Assembly (NCBI GenBank): GCA_036172245.1
Contig: JAYWIR010000021.1
Location: 3,038,001-3,102,000, forward strand
Source: Raillietiella orientalis
Lineage: Eukaryota
Length of the DNA: 64,000 nucleotides
Direction: 5' to 3'
The notes beneath the pieces were generated by a model, which saw only the letters and a program-made list of their open reading frames with translations, was not told where the DNA came from and searched no databases. Shown piece after piece: positions 1-12,988 of this stretch. The first letter of the stretch is position 1. Every line of letters begins with the position of its first letter. The position numbers and the translations under genes are program-made.

Positions 1-387
1 CTGCTATGAATGATCAATTTTTGAAACCAAGTTCCAAAAATTGTTGATTGTCTTTCTTTCATATTAAGCAAAACACTTACACTGCATCAACATGTGCATG
101 TTTTCGGAAAATTCCTCATTAAAATATATGTCCTAGCATGAAGATATTAAATCGAGTTTTCATATGTAAATATTCGGAAGACATTATCAATATCCACCAA
201 TATTTCTTCTAGCCAACATACAAAAATTTTGCCGAATCTCAATCATTAAAATTAAAAAATGATGCACGCAGTGAACATTATTCAGACATGAAATACTTGC
301 ATAAGTAAGTACTTGAATTTTAACAAACTACAATCAAGCATACTGACAATAGGTACCAAAAAATTTTTCGTTGTCAACTTTTCTCAC

Positions 388-557
388 ATTGTTCCATCAT
401 CCCTTCTATTCCATTTTCCCTGTTGGGGTACGTAGTGTACGGGCAGTGGTTCTTCTCTTTTCCACTCGATGAAAAACTTTTTGTATGCTTCTGGGAAACG
501 ACTTAGCATGCGATCTTCCCACAGCTTACGATACGTGAAGTAAGCGTGCTTCCCCAT
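388..557 (-). CDS. MRPL28: Mitochondrial ribosomal protein L28 (bL28m), first coding exon; remaining exons lie left of the window
   Basis: ATG at 557 gives MGKHAYF...SRFPEAYKKFFIEWKREEPLPVHYVPQQGKWNR, matching the animal MRPL28 N-terminus (LPEAYKKFW.EWK...PVHY.P). Ends at a GTGAG donor (387). Confidence 0.85.
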
Positions 558-3500
558 CTTCCAAATTTCAAAGTTGGCTCGAAAATTGGCCGAAAACACC
601 CTTGCTTACAATGTCTTCAAAGCCCTACTTGGTCTGCAGCTCGAAAGCGGCGAGCACACGGTCACGTGCACGCAGGCAAACCTGCAACTTGAAACAGGAA
701 CTTCAAGAGTTCATAAACCACAAGCCTGCAGCATCAGTTTCCCTGTTTCCACGATCTCACAACTTTCTTGTTCCCTCACTTTGCATGATTGTCTCGTGCT
801 TTCATGCGATGAGCTTTTCATTTCTGCAAACAAGTTGTGCACTTGGAACCACGCATGCCCCCCGCACAAGAGTGCACTCAAACACGGAACGCGAGTCGCA
901 ACACCTCCCATCGACCTTGATGGAATTCCAAGAAAATTAAGTAAAGCTAAGTAAGCTAGGGGAAGAACACAGTTCCGTTTCCGGATCTTAGCATTTCCCT
1001 TCGTAAGAAACACCTCACAAAGGTGAGCTAGTATTCTTAACCAAGATACACAGATTTGTAAACAGCTAGTACTCATCACATCCCTTGCCCTAGTATTGGA
1101 TTCATTATCCTGAGAACATAAGAAACAGAGAAACGACGTTCATTTCGATAATTTCTTCTGCAGTACTAGCCCAATGACACGAACAGTTTTCACGGAAACA
1201 TCAATTACTCTACACCTCCGTAGTAAATAATGTCAACTTAAAATGTCCACTATAGTGACTGCCTCCGAAGTCTGTTTTGCCTCAAAAAGCACTCGCATTT
1301 TGTATTCTAAAAAAATAATTGCTATGAATATTCTTAATATTGGATGTCTATGTGCTTCGTAGTAGGGAAACATCATCAGAAGAAATCAACCGTAGTGCAA
1401 CATAGAACCAATCAAAATAATAATTTTCTCATCAAGGCAGTAGTTCTCAGTTATGTGTTAAGGTTAAACGTGGAAAACATAAATGACAGGTGTGGTTTGA
1501 TTGGGGGGAATAAAATTCATAAAGAGAAAATACTTCCTGAAAACAGCGTTTCATTCACTGAAATATTTGATATATTAGACCAATTAATAAATCAAAGTTC
1601 AAATCGGAAAGGATTATTTACAAAACTGAACTTAAGTGATGTTTGCTGAACAAAATAGATCCCTATATAATATTCATTCACAACTCAAAAATATATGCCT
1701 ATATATCATTAAGCTATTAATAAATGAACATCTGAAGAAATCTTGGAATTCATTTACACACTCTAGTACATGCAAAGAAATTTACTGATACTTGGAAAGA
1801 ACAGCAACAAAATCACTGACTCAAAAAATGAAAGCTATTAATAAATCAGTCAATAATTTTCCATAAGATGCAAATCTTAATTCGAACAAATTTGCTGTTT
1901 TTGCAGCAAGAACAGTTTCCGACTCTGAAAAACAAAATAGCGCGTAACTTTACTAATTGCAACCTTGTTTGGTGTACCAACAGCTATGTCATCCAAAAAT
2001 TCAAACTTAAAGAAGAAACTACTGTTGGTGATGAATAAGTTAGCTACAAGAACAGTCTTTTTCCTTTAATTTATGGTTTAAGTAAAGTATCTTTGAAATA
2101 AAGAAAAAAACATACAAAAACTAAAGTGGATAGGCATGCAAAAACAAGAAAATGCACTTGGAAGCATAAGTAATTGAAGATCGACCTCTCTACCAAATAA
2201 ATCTCAAAGAGAATCAAGGAAGAAATGAAAACAAGGTAAACTACAGTAAACAGTTTTCAGAATTCTGCAAATGTACAAATTGAAGTCTGCAATGCTGCTT
2301 TGGACAATCTTATCTTAGGTGAAATAGTGGAATAGTGCAATAGTGGAATTTCTCAAAATTGTTTTAGCAGATTTAGGGAAACTTTCCAAACTATATAAAG
2401 ATTTCAGATTTCATAAATGAAGAAAATACAGTCATATGATTTCATGGAACGGGAATGATCTAGCCGATAAAAATTTTCAAGTGTTTGAAGTATTTTTAAT
2501 GGAATTAGTCTCATTAAGTTTTTTTTTTTTCCTACGGAAACACAAATGAATATCTGAACCCCTTAATCATATTCACGTCCGAATTACATTCCAAATATAA
2601 AATTGAAACGATGTGCAAATTGTTTTCCTTGTACTCTCAAGTACAGCGTCTTTTTAGTTTATTTTTTTTTCTTCATATGTCTTTGAAGTATTGACTTTTT
2701 TTTCTTGGATTACAACCATTTTTTGAGAAGGAAGCTATTTTGATGTTCATTTACCCAACACAGAATTTCGATTTCTTCTATTTTCTATGTGTTCTAGTCA
2801 GTATGAAATTCTTTATCATCGAAATATTTGTCCCAAAGTCTAAGAATTCTTCTGGTGGAAGTTCAAATCTTAAAATTTTCCACTGAATTCGCTAATGAGT
2901 TAAGGGAAATGATGTCAGAGCTAATTATCAGAAAAGAAGAATTAGTAATTATCAGAGAATACAACTGAAGTAATGCTACATAAAGCTCGCACACCAAACT
3001 GCATTTCATTTAAAAAAAAAATACATGCAATTATTTCGAAATGAAAAACTGGTTATATCTCAGTGTCTTTAGTAAATGCACAAGGATGTGTTAGTAACCT
3101 TGTGTATTTGCGAATGAAAACAAACACGGTTGTGCGGAAACCTTTTAAAATGTTAATAGTAGTTCCAGAAAATCTGGTCATTTTCAAATTTTATTTATGA
3201 AATGCTTGCATATTTAGCGTTGTGGATGCTAAATGCGATCACATCTGCAGATCTCAAAAGATGTTTTATTGCCTGAAGTTTGAACGTGTGGGAAGGAAAG
3301 CATGTGAATAGTAGATAGTAGACAAATAGTAGACATCCATGCATTCAATTGAAATCTAAAATTCGACATCGGGTCAGCATGAACATTAATTCCGTGTTGC
3401 AGCATAAAAAGATAACATGACTGTCCCAACAGAATTTCGATACTGTTTTGTTTCATGCAGCCCAATTCCATGTATCGCCCATGATGAGTGAAGCCCCTTT

Positions 3501-3645
3501 TTGTTAAGCCCCTTTTTTGGAAACATTTAGTGCAAATGGAACCAATCATGCTGGAGAGGTATAAGCTTTGAACTCAGTGTTGTAGGATTTAATAGGGAGT
3601 GCTTTCAAACTTCGTAATTGGAATGCAGATTTCTATATTGAAACA

Positions 3646-6600
3646 ATGTCAAAGCTGCAATTATTCAAGTTGAAACATAAATTGCATTCCTTACCAAACA
3701 GAGATGCAATTCATTCAGCACCATTAACGGAAAGTCCAGACGTTGAAATATCGAGGTTTTTCAACAGCAGCCCTTGTGATAAAAATAGGGTAGGTGATTT
3801 CATTGAAACATTAGTGACCATTATATCACCAGGAAACATTCATCGAGAAAAAAAGGAAGATTGCTTTAAGAAAATGTACACCACGTGTCACAGCAAGAAA
3901 TCGTGAAAAACCCATTTTGAAATGCGAAATTCCCGAGTTTTGCCCCCATGGATCGGAAAATATCCAGTCTGAAATTAGTCGTAATTTGAAATCAAGTTCA
4001 AGTGCAACTTCAGTAGGTGATTTTGCATCAGGATCCTCACAGTTTGAGGATGCTTATCAAATTCATGAATCTCCGCCGCCAGGTCTTAATCCTGTAGCAA
4101 AAAATCCTGTAATATGTGATTCATTTGGAACTGATGTAGCAGGCAAGTATCGTGTTTAGTGCTTGAATATGCCTCCTTAAATAAGTATGTTTTCACAGAT
4201 TCTGACCATGTGCTTCACATGAAGAATGTTGGTTTGGAGACTTCTACTGCAGAGAATTTAACTTGTATAATGAAGTAAAGTTTTCCATCAGTTTAAGAAG
4301 GTGTTTGGGAATTTTTTTTTTTTTTATTAGTACATATCAGGATGAAGATGATGTCACTAATTATACAGCTTTAGAAAAACAAGTAGTATATTTGAAAAAT
4401 AAAAATCCTGGGGTACTTTTAATGATTGAAATAGGTTACAAGTTCAAATTTTTTGGCGAGGATGCAGAAGTAAGCATTATTGTAGTTCGTTGAATAGAAA
4501 AATAGATTTTTTTTAAATAGATAGCATCCAAGTATCTAAATATAGTCAAGTATTGGGTACGTAATTTTGCTGTGGCTAGCATATCAGTTCATCGCCTATC
4601 AATTCAATTAAGACGGCTGATTTTAAAAGGTGATTATGAAACCTAATTACTAGTGTTTTGATGTGTTGTAGCAGACTGTAAAGTAGGAGTTGTTCATCAA
4701 CTGGAAACTGCTTCCATGAAAGCTATTGACAGTAGTAAGAGCAGATTATTTGAGAGAGGCTTGACTGGATTGTATACTAAGGTATTAGGAAATTACAATT
4801 GAGCATATTTGAAAATTTGCACATAGTCTACTATGATTGGAGAGGATATTAGAAATTGCGGAGATGAAGATTTTGAAGAACCTATTACCTCCAACTTGTT
4901 AGTTTTGTGTGAAGGTCCAGCTTCTTTTTCAAATGAGATACGTATTGGGATAGTGGTATGTTAATGATGTCTTGGTTCACTGCTCATTTTGTTTGGTAGG
5001 TGGCTAATCCATGCACTGGTGATTTGTATCATGATTGTTTTGAAGATAATAAAGTAAGGGACAAGCTAGAAGCTGTGTTGTATCGTGTTCATCCAGTGGA
5101 GATTTTATATCCTCAGAATGATATTTCAGCTTATACTCTTCAGCTTATTAAGGATTTTCAGAGATTATTGTGAGTGTGAGATGCAAGTCATTTTTTAATG
5201 CTCAGTGAAGTTGTGAGGATAAACTTCGTCCACGAATTGAGGCCAGAGCAGATAGTGATTTTGAATACGGAAATGCCTTAGCCAAAATTATGCTCTTAGA
5301 AGAATGGAGGGATGCATCTCAAGTGCCACTTCTTCCTCCTCCTGTTGTGAGCAGCCTTTCAGCTGCTATCAGCTACTTACAAGAATTTGGCTTGCATAAG
5401 TGCTTTTCTGATCGCAGTCTTTGTAGTCTGTCCAGTAGACATGAACATTTGCAGCTTCCTGCTGCCACTATTCGTAGTTTGGAATTGTTTTGCAACTGTG
5501 AGCAGGAATATTATGGGAGTCTCTTGTGGTCCATCGATCATACTCGTACTAAGTTTGGCAAACGGCTTTTGCGTAGGTGGCTAGCTCATCCATTGTGTGA
5601 TGCAGCTGCCATTAGTGAACGACAAGAAATGGTAGCTGGTTTGCTACATGCCTCACCCGTATTGCTAGATGCGTTGTGTTCTCTCATGCGAGGTTTGCCT
5701 GATTTGGAACATCTATTGCTCTGTGTTCAGCACAAAAAAGTTTGTTCGTATGAAAAAGGGTTTCTGATATCTTTGTAGCTTTCTAGTGTTCAACTTGGGA
5801 GCTGTATTTATTATGTAAATCATTTCGAGCTATTGAAGAAACTCTTCATGAATTGAAGGAACATCCTGATAATCATTCACTCTGCTCACTGATACATGCA
5901 AGTTTGACTAGCATTGAAGGTGATTCCTCTGGCATGAGTGTATTCTTAAATCATATGGATGAGGAAGCAGCAAGGTAATTATAGGGTTATTTTGTTTACT
6001 ACACTTAGTTTGTAGAATTGGAGATAAAACACGCCTCTTCCTTGATGCTTCTCAGTATCCCATTTTGCACCATTTGCAGAAACAAACTGCTGAAGTAAAA
6101 GCTAATTTAGAAGCACTACGGGAGGAAGCAGCAGGGGTTCTCAAACAGTGCAAGTTACAGTTTACATCAGTGAATGGTGAACGCTATTTGCTGGAAGTGC
6201 CCATCAGGCAGCAGCATCTTGTACCTGAAGACTGGCTTTTCATTTGTGGGTTCGTTGACTATTTCTCCTCTTGCAAACCATGTATCGTAGATCCAAACAG
6301 CTTCGCCGGTTTCGCACTGTTAAAATCACAGAACAGCTCAAATTTCTCTGTGCTCTAGAGGATCAATTTAGACAGGAATGCCAACGTCTGTGGGTTGAAA
6401 TGCAAGAGGGTGTGGCTATGAATTTTCGACGCCACAAACGTGCTGTGCACACACTAGCATCTCTGGATGTATTTTTATCCATGACTGAGCAAGCACGCCA
6501 AGAAAATTATTGTTGTCCGACCATGATACCATCTGGCACGATGCTGTCTCTGTCACAAAGTAGACATCCTGTGCTGCAGAAACTATTGGGAGAGGCATCT

Positions 6601-7392
6601 TGCATTGCTAATGATGTAGAGCTGGATGAACAGGGCCAACGCTGTATTATATTGAGTGGACCTAATATGGGTGGAAAGACGTGTTTTGCTCGCCAAGTAG
6701 CCTTGATTGTCATATTAGCTCATATGGGTGCATTTGTCCCGGCTCAAAAAGCTACTCTGGGTATTATGGATGCAGTATATGTTAGAACTGGAGCCAGAGA
6801 CGACCTTTTTCAAGGTCGAAGCACATTTTTAGTGGAGATGCAAGAGACAGCAGAAATCCTTCTTCATGCCACAAGTGCTTCTTTGGTTGTGCTGGATGAA
6901 CCAGGTTGCACTACAGGCTCACAGGATGGTGCAGCATTGGCATACTCCATCGTACAATATCTTGTGCATCATGTTCAGTGCTTGCTCATTTGTACCACCC
7001 ATTATCCCCTGCTTTCCCATTTACAGCAAGCCAATGCTGATTCCATAAGATGTTATCATATGTCCTTTGTGGTACAGCAACCATCAGATAATGCTCGTGA
7101 TGAAACGCTTTTAGAGAGTTTGTGTTTTCTGTACAAAACTGAGCAAGGTTATATGGACAAAAGCTATGGAATTAATATTGCAGCTTTAGCAGGCATACCC
7201 TTCTCTATCTTGAAAGTTGCTTCGTTTCTATCCAAGCAGCTTTCGGCAGCAGTGTTGAGCATGTGGTTTGTATGAGAATCAACTTATTGGACTTGGTATA
7301 TTTTTTCAAATTCTATTTCCAGGTTACTCCAAAAACAATTTTGTTCTTTTTGGGGAAGTACTAGTAAAGAAATCAAGATGCGAATTGACTAA
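3646..7392 (+). CDS. MSH3: DNA mismatch repair protein MSH3, 13 exons (3646-3789, 3833-4142, 4199-4274, 4331-4469, 4521-4629, 4675-4781, 4827-4955, 5000-5169, 5211-5739, 5787-5974, 6016-6249, 6291-~7262/7265, 7323-7392)
   Basis: Exons join in frame across ~40-60 nt introns. PIP-box-like EISRFF; MSH3-type mismatch domain YTALEKQ...[17 protein letters not shown] (GYK rather than the GxFYE of MSH6/MutS); [22 protein letters not shown]; Walker [35 protein letters not shown]. Confidence 0.95.
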
Positions 7393-7689
7393 TGGATACC
7401 AGAAAAAAAGTAATGATAATAATCAATAAGAAAGGAATGCTTTCTGAAGAAAATGCCTCCATAGATAATAAATGAATTAGTTTGTGTTAGCTATTTTCAT
7501 CTTGTGGATGAAAACTTTAAAGATTGGATTTTCATGTAGGGATACCTTAATTTCGAAATAACGTTATGAAGGAGGTTGCTTGAGATGGCAATTTTCTAAC
7601 GTAAATCGGTTGCCTGCGTTTGATAATTAAGGTAACAGGCATTATGCATGCAAATATCGACCTGATAGACTCCGTAGCATCCGTAGGGT

Positions 7690-8295
7690 ACCATCATCTT
7701 GGCAGCACAGTGACACGGGGTCACATATTTTCAGCATGATGGTTTTGCATTCTTTTGACGTATTCCTTTTTGGAAGGTTTCCACGGGTTTCCTTTACAGG
7801 GTTTTTCGTTCACCTTGCTCTTTCTGTCGAGTGGATTTTTCGGCTCTCCAGCAGTTTACTTCATTTGCACGAGTTTCGATACCAAATCCTAACAACGTCA
7901 CTGTGATTGAAGCAAGTTTGAAAGTCTTATGCGAGCATCGTCGTGCATACGTTGCCCGTTATTTCCTCATGCAGATTGCAAATTTCAGAGTTTTAATGGG
8001 GGAGATCTTTCTCGATTGCAAATCGGATCTTTGGACAGTACTGGACTGCATAATTAAAGTTCTGGCTCCTGTACACACAGCATCCGGTGTTTTGTGGAAC
8101 AAGGGAAATTCGAGCCATTAATCTGGAGTAGTTTACAGGGCTCTTCCTAGAAGTTTCCTTGCTTTCTTGCAAGTATTGACATCAATCGGTGCATGTTTTT
8201 CTTTGAATGACTTCCTGTTTATGTATACGAATACACGTTTTGTTGCAGTCACAAGGTGAGACTTTGTCCCCTAGGAAAGCTATCGAAATTAGTTG
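7690..8295 (-). pseudogene. PB1: Decayed influenza-like PB1 (RdRp) fragment, roughly aa 115-320
   Basis: TNFDSFPRGQS (~8261-8293) vs TRVDKLTQGRQT; *RATYARR...IETRA...EKST..GERK (~7800-7960) vs ERGKLKRR...VETLA...GGNEKK. Collinear but heavily eroded. Confidence 0.45.
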
Positions 8296-8389
8296 AAATA
8301 TTGTGGAAAACATTGCCTTTTCAGTTTCGAGAACTTCTAGGAAAGTGATGCTGAATGTGCTATAACTTGCGATTCGTCACATGTCCAGT

Positions 8390-10445
8390 ATTCTACGCAG
8401 GACCTGATTTGGTCAAGTTTCCCACGCCGTAGGTCTTCCACTTTTCACTCCAGTTTGAAGATGTGGTTTTGTATCTGTGAGGGGGTCCGATTCCATGTAC
8501 GGTCTGTGCACCCCTCATTGCGCATAACATATCTGTGACTACGCTGGAAACACTCCAGGTTTCAGAGTGGACGCAAATGACCGGAACCATCCATCCATCC
8601 AGTTGCCACAGTTGACCCTGTCTGTAGGGAAAAGGCCTCACAAGCTGAAGTTTTGAGCTCGTCGTTGCCGTTTTCTGCCAAACGGTGCGGAAGGTTCTTC
8701 TGTTTGCTCGTAGTTTGTGAGATAAACTCTATCGCTGTCTGATTGCAGAATACGAGCGCTACAACACGTTCAAGGCAATCTTCTGACGTTTTTCGATCTG
8801 CGTTTTATCGACTTTTTATGAGACCATGCTGGGAATATCAAGGTGCACTTCCTTTTTTTTTTTTCCTTCTCTGCTTTGCAGGATATTTTTCTGGAGAATC
8901 GTCCGCAGTCTTTGTGCCTTCTTCCATTCGAAGATGCTTTCCGGTAATGTTTCTCTTGTGTCACTCCACAGTTCAAGGCGTCCTTCGGGATCCATCTGAG
9001 CTCAGTGTTGTTTTCTGCTATTTTCTAAGGTTTCAACTGCGTTCCTTTTGTCTGGAACGCACACTCCACTCTGACTATAAGGCTAGGCGTCATGGTTTGA
9101 TTAAGTTCTTTAATGGACCAAAACCAAGCTCAGCACAGTGATCAGAAGGAAGGCAAGTACGCTCCTTTCTTCTGCTAGTCTTAGAAGCAGAGCATTCACA
9201 AACGTGGTTAAACGTTTGTGAATGCTCTGCAGACACGATGGAAAGCCTTTTGCTGTCATTTGGAAGAAACGAAACAACCTCGGGTCTCAGTAGCATTGTC
9301 CCAGGAGCTGTTCCTTTCTGTAGAGTCTGGAGTGCGTCTTGGAATCCAGTCTGCGATGACGGAGCGGTTTTCGCAGTCGACGGTTTCCTCGGTAATCTTT
9401 CTTTGGGACCCAAGTAACGGCGACCTCAAGGTCTCACTGTCTGCTGTGCATGCGTGTTTTTTTTCCTCTGGAAAATATGAACGAAAATCATACTTTTCCG
9501 ATTTAATCCTCTTCTGCTTTTTCTTTTTTTCTTCCTTCAAGTAGGCGGTGCACTGCTTCAGGCCAGGGGGCAGACAGCAACTTCTAGGAGCGGTGACCCT
9601 TCTCCAATCGCCACTTTTGACTCTGGAAGGGGGATTCTCCTTTCTCTGGGATGCTCCGTTTTCTCTCAAGATATGGCAAGGACGAGGGGAGCAAGGAAGA
9701 GGTCTCTTCGACGAGAAGGACTTGACTATCGACTAATGGTCACTGGCCTTTATGTGGCTTCACGTGATTTCTCAACAAGTGGTTTCAGGCACTCATCTCT
9801 AGCAATTTCTTCATGCCCCTTGGTGCTCCATGTGAGTCCGGGTCTATCGAGACAGGAAAGGAAAGGAGAGGAAGGGGAATGAAATCTTTCACCCTCGACT
9901 CTGCTCGAGTAGCCCAAAGAGCAGTAGCATCTTCAAAATGGCGTTGCTATCAACAGATCTGTTGCCTTGCATCTAGATGAGGAGGCTGCGCAGCGTAAAC
10001 AACCCACCGGCACCAACCCATCAGATCATTTTTTGCATTGGAAATAGGTCCAAAGTTAAGGGTACTTGGCCTCGAGCTGTGATGTTACCACCCAGTCATC
10101 TAGCCCAGCGGTGCTCAAGAAAAGAAAAATAAACCTCGTCGTGGTGCTCGCATGAAACATCCCCAGTTCTTCTAAAGGTAAGCTTACAAGGTTCTCTCAG
10201 CAGTCCACTTTTTTTTTTTTTGGTCACACAGATGGCTTCTTATGTCCAGGCAACTCGTTCCCACTATCCGTGGTCTCGTTCCAGATCAAAGAGAGACTCC
10301 GCAGAGCGGGACGATCTCTTTCGAATTCGTAGGTCTCACCCTTCAGCTCCTGTCATTGAACGAGGCTGCTGGACGGGAAAGATTTCTCTGAAGTTTCATC
10401 ACTACGTGCCTTGATAAAGGAAATGGAAAAGTCGGGAAAAAAATT
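8390..10445 (-). pseudogene. PA: Decayed near-full-length influenza-like PA
   Basis: Collinear matches across frameshifts: FPDF/HFLYQG (~10410-10440) vs YSDFHFINEQG; LKGETYEFERDR (10311-10346) vs LKHRFEIIEGRDR; VYFSF vs HIFSF; LFTLR (9988-10002) vs LFTIR; RSVIADWI..SSW (9301-9366) vs RSLASWI..SSW; ITGKHLR (8928-8948) vs IKGRSHLR; LECFQRSHR (8532-8558) vs LEGFSAESR. Confidence 0.8.
9187..9230. repeat. Perfect inverted repeat, 19-bp arms, 6-nt loop
   Basis: GCAGAGCATTCACAAACGT-GGTTAA-ACGTTTGTGAATGCTCTGC; the arms are exact reverse complements. Confidence 0.95.
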
Positions 10446-10494
10446 TGCCAAGCAAAGTTGGTTGAAGAGAATGGGAGGAAGGGAAGAATCGAGT

Positions 10495-11620
10495 GGGGCT
10501 AAAAAAAAAAGTTTCTTTTGGGGATTTCGAATCGAAATTTTTTGTCTGAAGATCATGGAGTGGGCGGATGGATGGGGGATCAAGGAGCGTAGACGTTTTG
10601 GAACCAAATGCTTTTGAACATCTGCAGATGAGCCACATGACCCAACTTTTTTTCTGGGTGGCAGTGAAGGGATGGGTTGCTGCAATCTGCAGACGGAACG
10701 CTGTCTCTTTGTAGAAACTTGCCCGGCAATGATGGCTTGGGGACGCCTCCCAGCGTCTCCTTCCATTCCCAAGTCGCCTCTCACTGGAGCTTACATATTC
10801 AGGATCTGTTGGTAAATGAAGCTTTCAATGGTATCCATGACTTCTCCATAATCCGAGGGAGAGAAAAGATGACGACAACTGTGCTCTGTGTCCGAGGACT
10901 ACGGCAGCTGCAGAGCGCGCGAAGATGATCGGAAGCGTTCCCTCTTCGCTAAAGTGGTTCCTATGGTCTTTGCCATAAGCAACGCGCGCCCTCTGTAGCA
11001 AATGCTGCAGTCTTCCAAACTAGAACGGCTTTCAGAAAGCTAGGGCTCTCGATGGGCAACCACGGTGACCTAAACTGGGAGAGAGACCCAGAATTGCTCT
11101 GTCTGCGTTAGTCTTCTGCTCCCTACATTGGGCGCTATTCTTCTTTATGTCCAAGAGATTGACTCCTCATTAAACCAAAGAGAATGAATGAAGAGTGAGG
11201 AGAAGGGAATGGCTGAATTTTAAGAGGGAGTGATCTCTTTTACTAATGGCCTCCCTTCAGCCTGCTCGCAAAGCGATGGTTTCTTTACTCCTGAAAATTT
11301 GTATTCCTTGAAGGAGGAAGGGGTAATTGCCCGAAAAGACCTTATTTTTTCATACTGGGGTGAGGTGAGCTGAAGGCTGGGCTCGTCACATCCAATCCCT
11401 CACGCCAGCGGGACGATCATTCCTAATCCCAAGAAATCAGGACCAAAATGGGAAAAGAAGGAAGAGAGGAGAAAGGGAGAAAGTAACTGGAAGAGAGGAA
11501 GAAATACAAAGGCGGGAATCTGCTTTCCTTCTCATCCAGTAGGCACTTTTCTCAGAATGGCTTTTTCTTTCCAGTCTCCATTTTTCTGTATTCCCTTTCC
11601 CCAAAGCAGTTGATAATTAC
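10495..11620 (-). pseudogene. NP: Decayed influenza-like nucleoprotein (NP), copy 1
   Basis: NGDWKEKAIL (11553-11582) vs NGKWMRELIL; QYEKI vs AYERM; FNEESIS vs FEREGYS; PIESPSFLKAVLVW (~11015-11056) vs PNENPAHKSQLVW; EVMDTIES..NM*A (from 10844) vs ENMETMES..YWA with identical spacing; AGQVSTKRQRSVCR (10686-10727) vs AGQISIQPTFSVQR; FDSKSPKETFFF vs FDMSNEGSYFF. Confidence 0.88.
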
Positions 11621-11729
11621 TCTCTGGACCCATGATGGTGGTCCGTGCATCTCCTACCCGGAGCGTCGTCTGCGTTTGTGAAGAGGGAAGATTGCAAAGA
11701 GAGAAGGAAAGGAAGGCAAACGATATTCA

Positions 11730-12915
11730 ACATGTCGTTCCAGGCTTCCTCGTGACCTGATGAGCGTCCCTTTCCAGAAGAACAGAAAATTCGTCACTCT
11801 TACGGCCCTCTTCTACTTTCTCTTTATCTCCCGCCCCTCTGCTCCTCGTCTTCCACTGATTCTCTTCTCCTCCCCCTTCTTGCCCTTGATTCTTGTCTCC
11901 TTGAGCTTCCACAGAGTTAAGAAGGAGTTTTCCGCTTGCAGGAAGATGCTCTCCACCATCTCAACTCTCTACTTCCTTAGCAGGGCCAAGGAAAGTAACA
12001 GCAGAAATCAGGCCGGTCGACGGACCAGGGAAGGAAGGGTGAAGGAGAGAAGAAGAGACAGAAGGCCTTCGTTTTTGCATCGAGGGAGACCACGGGGTGA
12101 TTGCAGGAGGCAGCGACAGACTGGAATATCGAGCCATGAACATGCAACTGTGTGCATGAGAAGAGACAGCCTGTGGCCAGCCTCGTCTCCAAGGAAAACT
12201 TGTGGTGCCTCACTCAATATGCTCCTGATAGAGGAGCAAACCCGCTTGGCGAAATTTCTCCCGTTACTCTGTATTGCATTGGCAATCCTCTTCAGGGAGA
12301 AAAGGGAGAGCCCAGATCCGGCGGCGCAGGAGATTGCGAGCCTCTGGAGGGCGTGGATCTCCGTGATGGACGCCGGAAGGTCATCTTCCCGGCCGCGAAT
12401 TCTTTCTGCCTCACCTCGTCTCTTCCTCTCGAGAAAGAACTGCAGGGAGACACAAAAAGTCGTCCATTTCGACTTCAGGAAGGCCAGACTCCGGGTCGTG
12501 CTCGTCCACAGGGGGATCACCACAGAGATACCTCGACCAGCAGAGCTTCTAGCCGAGAACCGCGGAAAGGAGAGAGAAAAAGCAGCAGTTCCCTGGGAGA
12601 TTGCATGCTCGAGAGAGGAAAGAGAGCTCGGTTAGGAGAGATTCGGGTAAGATATTCATCCTGCCGGACGTCTTTTCTTCCACAGGGTTCTCTGATTACA
12701 GCCGATGTCAGAAGTGTCTTTATTGTAGGATGAATATTTTTTACAAATGAACGGTGACTCTATAAGGAACGTCGCATGGTGCGGTTTTGCATACCCTTAC
12801 ATTTGTTCAGTTCTAGGGGGAATGCCTGCTATTCAGTCCAGAGAGACCCAATCAGAGGACAGTGTGTGTGGGTGTAGGCATAAGCAGGTCCATCAGCTCC
12901 TTGAGAATGTGCTTG
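11730..12915 (-). pseudogene. PB2: Decayed influenza-like PB2, N-terminal half (copy A)
   Basis: ILKELMDLL (12882-12908) vs RIKELRDLM; TLWKKRRPAG (12659-12688) vs TLWSKTNDAG; FPRFSAR vs FPNEVGAR; FFLERK vs YMLERE; GRNFAKRVCSS vs ARNIVRRAAVS; IPVCRCLL vs VDICKAAM. Confidence 0.82.
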
Positions 12916-12988
12916 GTGGGCCATATCAGCTACTTCCTCCGAAAATGGTCGGTGGAGTCACTGCTGTGCTTTTCGCTGAGGTATTCAG

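Noticed and set aside
574..3549. Short ORFs between MRPL28 and MSH3
   Set aside because: No recognisable homology or convincing splice structure; probably promoter, UTR or intergenic sequence.
9494..9511. RIKSEK matching PA KIKSEK (aa ~137-142)
   Set aside because: Out of collinear order with the other PA anchors and within a low-complexity Lys-rich tract.
12008..12523. ORF first read as a retrotransposon RNase H
   Set aside because: Lacks catalytic DS and WVPGH-type motifs; several collinear PB2 matches explain it better.
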